Below are positions 12,501 to 24,500 of a stretch of 64,000 nt of DNA, one piece after another. The notes below the pieces were generated by a model. It was given only the letters and a program-made list of their open reading frames with translations, was not told the origin of the DNA and ran no database searches. A program made the translations under genes and the position numbers. Origin of the DNA: Podarcis cretensis (Eukaryota); the NCBI GenBank assembly GCA_951804945.1, contig OX638153.1, forward strand, positions 66,092,001 to 66,156,000, given 5' to 3'. Position 1 is the stretch's first letter, and each line of letters starts with the position of its first letter.

Positions 12501-15500
12501 ATGAATTATTGTAATCTGCCCTCAGTGACACCAGCACAGAGGAAAAAATGACTGACTATTTGAAGATATCAATATTGCTAGGAAAGAGGAAAATGTTAAT
12601 ACTGGTGTCAAAATTTCAGCCAACTGGGAATGTGCAGAGCTCACAACCGAGTGCCAACAGTGCTTGAATATCAAGTACTAAATAGCTGGACACAGGGCAC
12701 TTGAATGTGTGTTGTAGGAACTTTCTGTCTGTAGAATAGTACTAAAGTGTTACAGCCTGCTTTGTAAAAAAAAAAAAAGAAATGAGAAAGATATGAAAAT
12801 GTCAAAATTGTTGAAGAAATACTTTTTTTATAGCAAGTTTTGAGGATTTTTGATCCCAAATCCCAGGTGGTTTCTTGTATGTAAGGGGTCCAGCTGTATG
12901 TAGTTCACTGTGCAAATTAAAGAAATACTGTCAAACAAAAATGCTAATCAAGTATGGATAATGAAAGAGCAGCTTTAAACAAGAGAGACCATAAAATATT
13001 TGGATATGTAGAACACTTAATTTGCATAGGCTACTTAGATATTTCATGGCCTATCCCGTAAGTTAAATGTTGGTGAGCTTCACGGACTAATCTGCCTGAA
13101 ACAAGCTAAGTAGATTTTTACTTGTGTTTGTGTATATAGTTTATACTATAGATTTTCATAGAATATGTAAGACTAAAACAACTTATGATCATGGCCAGCT
13201 TGGTTTAAAGAAAGAACAGAGTAAAAATGGTTCAAGATAAATTCGCTGTTGTATTCCAGAATAAATCGTTGCATTATAAAGAGCTACTACACTTCTAAAG
13301 TAAGGCAGCCTTACAAAATAAAATAGTAAGCCTTTTTTAAAAACAAAACCGTTAATGAAAGGTAAAAGCAAATTTATCATTCATATCAAAGACTTCCTCA
13401 TTTTATTGCATAAACAATTTCAAATTAGTACAAATTTGTAGATATATCATCAATAATTTCAACAGAAAACAAAAAGTATAAAACAAACATCTGGAGTATA
13501 AAAATGATCATGATCAAAAAGTTGTAGTAAGAATTTCCAGTCCAATAAATGTATTTTTTTCCTGAATATGTATCAATTGTACTAAGAAACACATCATACT
13601 AAGGCACAAATCATTTGAAGCATAAAGCTTTACTATATGTATGTCCAGTATGTTCTGAACCTTTGCAGTCAGTTGCCAATACAGTTGCCAATACTGTATT
13701 TATTATGTGCTCCACATACTAAAGCTATGACTTGGCCCTAAATATGCCAAACTGTTTCTTATGATCTCACTCATACCAATTTTAAGAACTGATGAACCAT
13801 TGAAAATCAAATTCTTCATTAAGTGGATGAACCCCCTAAAATTTCACAAACAAAGAGTAAAATATTTAGCTGGAGCTGAAGTTAAGCGTGAAGAGCTGCA
13901 AAAAACTCACAATATTAATTTATTCAGCATGTGCATACAAGTATATATACTGCATTAATTGGTTGGGGAGTTGAATATTAAAGATAAGTGACCGCTGTGA
14001 GAATCAGTACTGAGACATTTGCAATGAAAGCCTAACCATTGCATGTAATACCTGAACGCTTAAGACTCGGCAAAATGACAATAATGGGAATGAATTACCA
14101 ACAGGTTTTTAATGAATGCTCTTCTAAAGGCATAACACACACACCATCCATAAGAATATATCTGATAGGAAATTCATTAGTCTTTTAAGGTTAGTAAACT
14201 GAATTTAAAAGTGAACCAGATTGCAAAATAAGCATGTCACTACTCAAGTCAAGTGGTAAATAATTATTAGAAAAAGAAATTGCTTTAATAGCAAATTATA
14301 TACTCAATTCTACAATGGATACAACATTATAAATTATGTGTGGACAGTTCTGCCAAAGCTTAACTGTATATGTTTGTCAATGCATATTCCATCAATCAAC
14401 TCATCCTTTATTTTTAATTGGGTCAAAATAAATATGTTTAAATGCAGAATGATTATAAACCTATAATAATGTCAGTTAAGAATGCTTTGAGTATATCTGA
14501 TTAAAATCTGAATATTTAATACTACATACCCATGTACCATAAAGTGCAGTCAAATACTTTATCAGTGTACAATGGAGCAAACTCACTTGCATGGATGTTT
14601 CTGCAACTATGAAAAAAGCTATTATGTACAGATTTTTGATTTTCCCTAATGTATCTTAATGTCAGAGGAACATTCACTTTGTGAATTTGCTCCCCACCTG
14701 CCTGTTGACCCCGAAGCAATCAGCTGCTACTTGCTATAATCTGCAACACACATGCACATTTATTTTAAAAACTGGAATTCTAGGCAAGTTTTTCTACCAA
14801 CAACCAGGTTTGTACTAAGAGAAGTGGGAAATGAGCAAAACAGTAAAAATAATAATAAAACTAGCAAAATTAACGATATCACAAGATATGACTAGGGTAA
14901 ACAAAAATGTTCATCTTCTGTAGCATAGATGGTTTAATACTGAACAAAACAGACTTGAACTATGACAAGTTTCTCAGAAGAAAGTAGAATACACTATGAG
15001 AACTAAGAAAGTGCAAGAGATCTCCCCATGGAGTATAATAAAAAAGGAAATCTTTCTACACACAAGCCCAAGGTCTTCCATGAGGTCTGCAATCAAGAGG
15101 CAGAGCAAATCTCTGGTTCCTTACAACTTCTAGATCAGCCATCCATTGTCCACATTCTGAATTCTTTAAAAAAAACCACCACACTACTGGAAACTAACCA
15201 GCTGATTCAACACATTTCTTTTCTGCTATGCATATCAGTCCCAACTTCAATGAACATAACCTTGTCAGTCCATAACTTCACAGCTTGGAGATAAACAGAA
15301 GCTGAGTATGGTATTGTGAAATTTATTTTTAACTATATTTCACTAAGAATAAATAACAAGTTCAGACTTACCTAAAAAGTTTGAGAGTTCAGGAACAATC
15401 TCATATTGGGAATGAAGGCAATTTAATGTGTGTAAAACAGAAAAACTATGATGTTGTTAAAAAATACTATTTAAATAAAAATGTTAGATGTTCATAGGGA

Positions 15501-18500
15501 AGTACCCTACAAGTACTTACAAAACAGAAGGGCATGGAATCCAAACAAATCCTGAATATTTTACTTAATTTCAAAACATACAACATATTTAAGAACAACA
15601 GCTACTAGAAAAGCCTCTGGGGAAGTTAACAGGCACATCTAGAAAATGCACCTGCATTTGACCAATCTTGTATTTAATTATGATAGTTTTGAATAAAATA
15701 TGGGTGTTGTGCAATGCTCCAAATGGAAAGGAAATGGTTGTTTGATTTTAGTAACTGAACTGATCTATTCAATAGGAAGCTTTAACAGGAAATTTGCTGT
15801 ACTGTGCCAAGAGTTCAGAAGTGGATTGCCATAGATATGTTGTTTCTGAGAAGAAATACAATTACCTCACCACACGACCTGGAAGCTGTACGCCGGCTCC
15901 CTCGGCCAATAAAGCGAGATGAGCGCCGCAACCCCCGAGTCCGTCACGACTAGACCTAATGGTCAGGGGTCCCTTTACCTTACTATTTACTAACCGAAGT
16001 TATTTGTACAATCTCAGCATGTACCACCAGTCATTGATCATGACCAATATCTACCGTATTTTTCGCTCTATAACACACACCCGACCATAACACGCACGTA
16101 GTTTTTAGAGGAGGAAAATCCATAGGCATGCCACCCGTAGGCATTTCCTCCATAACACGCACAGACATTTCCCCTTACTTTCTAGGAGGAAAAAAGTGAG
16201 TGTTATGGTGCAAAAAATACGGTAATTTTAGAACTCCTAGCCTGTATCAGCAAAGGTGCATGTATTCTTAACTTTAAAATCTTACTTAAGCAAAGTCCTT
16301 TCTGAATTATGGTTGGCAAAAGTGGGGGGAAAACCCTTTAATCTAGTAATATAACTTTATGGCATCACCAACATAGCTTTAGAATAAGCAAAGCAATACT
16401 TAAAATCCAAGTTAAATATAGAATATGAAAACCCAAGTTGCAGATATTCTCCACATACCCACATGAAGCACAATCTGGCCCTACAGAGTCCTGGTACTTC
16501 TCTGAAAACCTAGAGGGGCAGAGATGTCTGATTGTAAAAAAATCTGACATCTAAAGATTGCATTTCATGGTACAGTAAGCCAGCAACTTGTGCACATCCA
16601 GCTTTATGTGTTTTGCCAAAACAACAACAACAACACTTTTTTTAAAAATGGAAGGGATGTCCTGGGGAAAAGACTTTGGCAATGCCACCTGTGTTTGAAC
16701 CCAGTGTGTTTTGCCTTTATGTGATTTGGCTTCAGGCGCGATCCTTGGAACGTAACCCCCGGGTTAAGTTGCAGGTTTACTATATGTATTATTTAATGTG
16801 CTACTACCGCAACTAGTATAAATTCTTGATGATTTAACCATTTCAGGCACATGGAGCATATCACTGCAGGTATGATAAACTACTAGTGAAAGTGAATCTT
16901 GTATGGGAAAGACTCAGAACAAAAAGCAAACTAATTGGCAGCCCGAAGGCAATTGCTCCATTATGCTGAGCTGCACACTGATAAAATCAGTCTAATAAGA
17001 ATTTGGTCAGGAGGATTATGAAAGTGGTTTTTTAAAGTATGATAGGAAATCCACAGTGAAAACACAATTATCACAGAGTATACAAACCAGATGTGCCTGG
17101 TTCCCCACCACCACCACAGAAAATCTGGTGAAGTTCATATATTGCACAATCTTCCCTTTCACACAGGCATAATTAGGAAATTATAATGGAAAGATACACA
17201 AGCCTATTTAATTAACTCAAGATATAATCCTTTCAGACACAGCCCTAACAGTATTTTAGTTTATTTCCTGTACAAGGTTTGCTTTCCTGCTTTGCAACTC
17301 AAATACATTCTTCAATGTCTATCAGGAGACCTGAGAGAACCAGGTTTTGCCAACTCTCTTACCGCCATAAAATAGTCTTTCAATACCACTTGTATATTCA
17401 TAGTCTAACAATAATAAGATCATTTCCTTGAAGTAGTACCATCTTCAAATAAAAGCTCAAGCAAACCTTTCATATTGATTCAGTTAAGTTACAGCAGGGG
17501 TGAGGAATCTGTGGCCCTCCAGATGCTGTTCCACTCTATCTTCCAAGGCCAATAGCCATGCATGATGTGATTTGTAGCCCAACTGCATATGGAGGACCAC
17601 AGGTTCCCTATCCCTGTTATAGGCTTGTTTCTGCAGAGTAATGTGTTAAAATTCTAACAAAGCACCAACAAGGAAGCGCAAAATATGCCAATGGCCTTTC
17701 AAGACATTTACTGCTCATCAGCAGCGATGCTTTGTAGAGGGTCTGTTATTTGCAAAGTGTACCTAAGTTCAAAATTCAGTGATGCAGTGACCTTCACCAC
17801 AGATGGTTTAAACAATTGCTGGGTGATAAAAAATGCATAGTACAATACATTAGAAAAATCATAATGGCTAGTCTGCACCACTGACATCTACACTTCAAAG
17901 TAGCAACTAATTTATGATGGCTTGAGAAAAATTGGGATAAGGATTTTAAAAAAGGACATGAATTTGAAATCCAATCACTAGAATGAACCAGGTCAGAAAC
18001 AATCTACATTATCTTTTCTCTTTCAAAACCAGATTCCTGAAAGCATAAATTTACGTAATATCAACCAAAATATTAATGGCTTGTGTGTGTGTCTTCTGTT
18101 TTATCTTCCTGGGTGAGATTCTTAAGATTATTCTGAAAATCAAGAGTGAAATTCTCTCTAGTAGCCTCAGCAAAGGGGTTGTTGAAAAAGAGGTTTATGT
18201 CTAATGGGGCTGCAGTTTCTGAATCCCATGAGTCATCAGTGCTACTAGAGTCTTCTGTAGTGGTAGGTGGATAGCTCAGCTGTTCCAACTGGTCAATAAT
18301 GTCAGTGAACTGAAAAGCTGAACTTGACTCAGAGCGAACTGAATATGCTGGAAAATTCACCATTGAACTAGCTTCAGAGTGATTAGCAGAGCTATAAGTG
18401 TGCAAAAATGGCATACCATTTAATGTCAAATTGTTGAGAGAACTACTTTCAGAACGGTTGTTAATTAATGAACTAGTTTCAGAAGGACTCAGAAGACTTT

Positions 18501-21500
18501 GCATTCTGCTTGCCTGAGCTTTAACTTCAAACAATTCCGAGGTATCTGATGGCTGTTCATTCCCATTAAAATCACTCTCTCCTTCAAATTCAAACTCATG
18601 ATCCATGTTCATATCTACTGCTTCTATGGAGCACCTATCAGGACTTGACTGAGAAGACATCATATTTCTTTGCAGAATTTCTTTAGTTAAAGCAGGTGAC
18701 TCTGAGAGACAATTAGTTAGATCTGACTCCTGCAAATCTAAACCATCATACAAATAGGAAAATGCTTCAGAACCTCCAGCAAAAAAGGACATTTCTGCTG
18801 GATCATCATCAATGAACTCTTCTGAAACCTGAAGCTGGGAGCTAACCAGTTTTACAAGTGAGGCACCCCTACCTTGAGGCAGATGCTGTTTAGCAGCAAT
18901 GGCCATACCTGTGGTAAAGTCATCCACATAATTGTCATTTTTACAAGTAATCCTACCTTCTACTGCTACACCTAAACCACAGCTACTCTCAACATCAGTA
19001 CAAGTGGGAGTGCAGTTTTCTGCAACATTACAAAGCCCAACACCTTGGAATGACTGGAGTACTGGTGATCCAGGCTGCTGTATCACTTTCTTCCCAGTTT
19101 CTTCTGATGTCCCACTATTTGCTTCTGCGGCCAAGCTCCTTGTATGGGATATTCTGGGCTCCAAAAATAAAGGCTTGCTCTCTGTGAAAGTGGGCAAGCT
19201 GGCAATGTTTGTGGCTAACGCATTATCCGAATGAAAGGAGGCATATGTACATGCATTAGGCCCAGAGGTTCTTAATCCATCTGTAAATGAGGCACTCTGA
19301 GGAGAAAAACAAGAGAGGAAGCTATTAGACAATCTGTTTTAGGATACATCTAACCATGTCCACTTGATTTGACAGATAAACATGTTTATAAGTTCAAGAA
19401 TTTTACCGAGATGACTTGACTGTGAAGACTGTGGGACTCATCCTTGCCTGTTTTCAGTGTGAGAGACACTACCGCATGACAAAGGTGGGTGAATCGGTGC
19501 CCTCTGCTCTATCTATGGCATTTTAAATCTGGCTCAAGTGTTCAGTCATCCATGATTTGTATTAATTTTAGAAAAAAACATATTGTGCCAACTTTTTAAA
19601 GGTAACCATTTCATTGAGTCTTGAGCTTTGAAAGCCTGTTTCTTCAGATATGGTGGAAGGATACATGCATTATGTGACTATTAGACATAAAGGTAAAGGT
19701 AAAGGTACCCCTGCCCATATGGGCCAGTCTTGACAGACTCTGGGGTTATGCGCCCATCTCACTTAAGAGGCCAGGGGCCAGCGCTGTCCGGAGACACTTC
19801 CGGGTCACGTGGCCAGCGTGACCTATTAGACATAGGCAGATTGTATTGATCACTCACTGGTTTCTCTAGATTTTCATGTCTGTTTTGCATTCATTCCTTT
19901 ATTCTTTTATGTAGAAGTGGCCCTGTTTGGTCTTTATAAAATGGCAGAGGGAATTATTGTGAGGTGATGTATCTTTATTATATGAAATTGAGGATGAATG
20001 AACTCTTCATAGTATGACTAATGATGTTTTCCAGATATAATGTTCGGAGTAGATGAATGGAGAAAACTGGCCCTAGGTTTCTTACAGATAACTCTTCCTC
20101 TTAAGGTCTACATGAGAGTACTATGTTGGTTTAGAATTCTGGATTTGGGACCAGAGAAAGTTGATTCATTATATGACTGTGTTAACTGTAACAGTAATTA
20201 TGCATGAAATCTTGACACTCTGAAATGGCATCTATAGAAAAGTTTTTGCTATTGCAACAGTAAGGAGATTTATTTTCTATACACTGGTAAATCATATCGA
20301 TAATGAACTACAGCTCCTGGCTGATAAAGATATACGAATTATTTAGGACCAAATAGTGATCTGGATCCAAAGAACGGCGTTGTTCCATGTGCCCAAAAAA
20401 AGATTCATGCTTTTAGAACGGCGCCCCCATCCACCCATATATATTCCATGTAGCAAATTTCCTTTGCAAGTAGGTTTTATATGCAGTTTGCAATATGGCA
20501 CGGAGCTCTGCCATTCAAAAGAAAAAAGCTAAAAATTCCCCAGGCAAACACTCAGGAAAAATTGTTTTCCTGTACAAGCTGAAAAACTCTGAAGTTGATT
20601 CAACAGTACACACATATTTAACATTACTACCAGAATTGGGCAAGGCTGAACAGAGCAATGATTGAAAATATATATATAATTTTAAATGCAGACGTCATTC
20701 ATGCTTTAGAATGAAAAGGCTGAGTTTCATAATCTTTCTGATAATTCAAAACAGGTTAATATCAAGACTAACCTGTTTGGGTGTATCAGCATGCAAGGTG
20801 TGAGCAGACATTCTAGTTTTACTATGCCTCCTGTAAAGAAAGAATATGCTGTGATACCCTGATCACTTCATTAGCTATATACAGAAAGCAAATGGGGGGC
20901 CTACAGTAAGAAGCTATTCCTGAAGAATAACCTACTTCATAAGGCTGTTAGGTGTGATAAAGATTAATAGTAATAAATCAACGAGCCTCAGAATTTTGTC
21001 ATTCGTGGATAATTGTTTCTGTTAGACACAGTGACTGCAAATTATAACTTTAACTGGAGAAAGAGGAAAGCTGCAAAAATGTATTTCCATATTCTGTAAG
21101 TTTCAACACAAATATCTAAAATACAAATCCAGGATAGGTTACATTTTTAACATTCAAAAAAATGCTTAAAATGTTTATTCATGTGGTCCAGATGCTCAAG
21201 ATCTGGTACACCTCTCCAAACTCTCAATAGCCAATTTTGGGGTGTGCAGGGGGCTGCAGCATGGAAGAAGAATAGCCAGAAATCATCTCCCTCCCTGTTC
21301 TGCTGACCGATGCTTTTTGTCAGCAGAAGGGAAGCTCTGGATACCATCCGGTAAGTATAACAATGAGCAAATGCAAGATGGTTTACAACATTGGAACAAA
21401 AAAAGACTACATGTCTCCAGTTGGCACTATGTGAAGGAGAGTGAAGTTTAAGCCAACATATTTTCATGCCATTCAATCAAATCACTTTTCTGAATTTGAA

Positions 21501-24500
21501 ACATGTTAAATGGTTTGTCAATTTCAGCTCCTTCCTACTCAACATAATTCCCAGTGTCAAGTATCTAAGCATTTTAATTAATTAAATTTGAAATATAAAA
21601 AATGTCAAATAATACTTTAACAGTTTACAATCTCTAGGAAAAAAGGCCTTTCATTATTGTAGACTAGACTAAGGAAGTTACAAAATAAGAACATCAAAGA
21701 CTCTTTGCTTATATAAAAGAGCTTGTTACCTTTCATATGGGATTTTTTTCAACCCACTTTCTTTAACATAATCCACCAATTGTTTCTGTGTACGCCCACT
21801 GTGAAGAAATAAATGTGAATGTTACAAAAAAATATCCAGGAAAAGTACATGAAATTCTGGGCTTCTTGTACTCAAGAAATAAAGATCCTAAACCTTTAAT
21901 TTAAAAGGAATTACTTTCAAAGTTTTTCTTGGTTCCATTTTCTTGGATCAAAATGAACTGGGTTATATCATACCTGTATCTGAAGGATGACCCTCTGCTG
22001 AAAAAGACTGCTTTTGACTTTGGTTTTGGCTGATCAAACAGCCTGAAGAAAGTGTGATATTCAACACATATTTTCCAGAAGTTCTTGCACTCATCTCTAC
22101 TTCCCAAAAGAAACTCCAGAGTGTCTTGATATGGACCCTAGAAATGAAACACAATGGGACTTTATCATGCTACCTCTACTCATTTAAGGTTACAATGAGA
22201 AAATATTTAATAAAACTTTATTCAACAAAAATAGATGATAGAAGTGAAGAGAAAAACAAAAAATAACAACAAATAATATATATTCGAGACAAGGAGCTTC
22301 AGGAGTGAATATAATGGATTCGATTTTAAAATTGTAAATGGGGTAGAAAAACACAACTTACATTGTACAATGAAGGAAATGGGAATAAAGAAAAATGTAT
22401 TGCCTGTCTATAGAAGCCACCCAATAAAATCTTATTTCAAAGGGATTTGCAATCCATGTAACTGGGATGTCAATAATAATAGTAATTCCTATACCCGCAG
22501 GTCTCAGGGCAGTTCACAGGATAATGTCACAATATAAAAACACAGAATACATAATCAAAATAAAAACAAGAACAACCCAATAACCTCCCTCCATAAATAA
22601 CCTCCAGAGGTGAAATCAGAAGGATCAACATCACTCTCAATGGCTTAAATATCCCATCATTTTTTTCTGAGATGGCAATGAACATTAACTTTCTTGAACC
22701 AGTTATCTAGGGCACATCATGAAGCATCTTTCCAGCCCTGTGTAATAACTAATCAAGTGGCTACAAATTATACAGTTAACTGTTTACATATAAGATCCTC
22801 ATCTCCTTTCTCAAAAATAGACGAAATACATAGTCTAGGGTCCAGGGGCATATTTTTTAATATCTTGGTTCAATGTAGGTCTCGAGAACATGCTCTAGAG
22901 CAGTGGTTCCCAACTTTTACAAGTGTGAAGACCCCTTTTTAACTTTTTTCCCCTCAGATGCCCACATGGGCTCCTTTGAAAGTCAAGTCAGAATATAAAT
23001 AAACTTAAATAATAAATAAATTTTAGAAACACAAGAGAAATTCAGACTTTAATGAAATATGGGTTTTACTAACATGCTTTTATCGTAGTGCTATTACCTG
23101 TGAACCATGTATTCAGGCATTAACAGTACTGAATACTGCATGAACGTCATTTCATATTTAAGGCATGCTTGAAAATGTAGAAGTGACTTTATAATGGAAG
23201 TACTTACATGAACTTCTGGATGAAGCTTGATAAGGAATCGTTTTCTTTTGAAGCTTATTTTTCGGACTTTGGACCAGTTGAAAGTATTGATTTTTGTATT
23301 ACCCTGTGTTCAATTCAATATAAAATAACTGAGGTATATTATACATAGGATTTAAACAGAACATAAGTTATAGACTTATACTGTCAAACCTTTTTTCTAT
23401 CTAAATCATATCGTCTGGATCAGATAACTGATAATTTAAAACAACAAGACTGTTAAAAGAACCTCTAGTTCTGAAAGCAGCCCTCCCTGACCTTGCTACT
23501 CTGGCCTTTGACATTTGAGATAGGTCTTTTCAGGATCCACACTATTCCTGTGATTGCAACCTGTTTTAACTGTTTTTAATTCTGAAAGTTAAATTGTTGT
23601 AACCCGCCCTAGGACCTGCTGGTGAAAGGTGGTAACAGATTTATTAGAACTACTACTACATTTGGACTACAACTCCCATCAGCCCAAGCCAGCGTAATGA
23701 AGGCAATATTACAAACACTCCCATTAGTCTCAAAGAAGAAGCTGCTGCTGCAATGGTGCCCTACTAATCCCATCTGGGTTTGATGAAGAGTGCTGCTGCC
23801 ACAAAGGCATCTGCAAACATCACATTGTCTATTGGGACTGCAAAGACTGTCGTAGCAAAAATTTGGTAGCCATTTGCTCAGAATCAATTGCTACGTGCTC
23901 TAAAGCAGGCATATGGGTCTATCCTCTGAGTTTAAAGTCTTCTGTCTGCACTGCATAACTATAAAAAGTTTCTCACGTTAAATACTGCTTTCCTACCTGG
24001 AATACCAGTACGCCCATGTTTGATACAGCCAAATTAATTTTTGTTCCCTCACGGTCAGATGCCAGATGAAATCTCATGCCATACATCTCCAACTTCCGAG
24101 CTATTTCAAGCACTTGGAAATCTGATTCAGCTGGAGTTTGGCCCCTGTGTTACCAAAATTGAAAATATTATTAATTACTTATAACACTATCCAATGATAT
24201 GAAACAGGAAAAAATACTCTAATATAGTTCAACAAGTTTAATGAGATCATATCCATATTAGTAAGCAGTCACTAAGCTTCAGAGTTATTCAGGTTTACTG
24301 TGCCAGACAAAAAGAGAAAAACCAAATAGCATAAAAATGTGTTACAAATGGAAGAACACATGGCAATCTAGTTGAAGTCATAATCAAACTCAGAGACATT
24401 TAATTATTCTTTAAAACAAATGTATCCTTAATATGCCCTGTATTTCATAATTTTAAATGCAAAATGCTACGTATTCCATAATTTTGTAAAAGATACGCTA

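Noticed and set aside
18932-19234. 100-aa plus-strand ORF
   Set aside because: Antisense shadow of FARP2 exon 13
18073-19332. 419-aa ORF read as an independent nested gene
   Set aside because: It starts at a TTG inside the splice-acceptor tract and its first part is FARP2 exon 13; better explained as exon read-through
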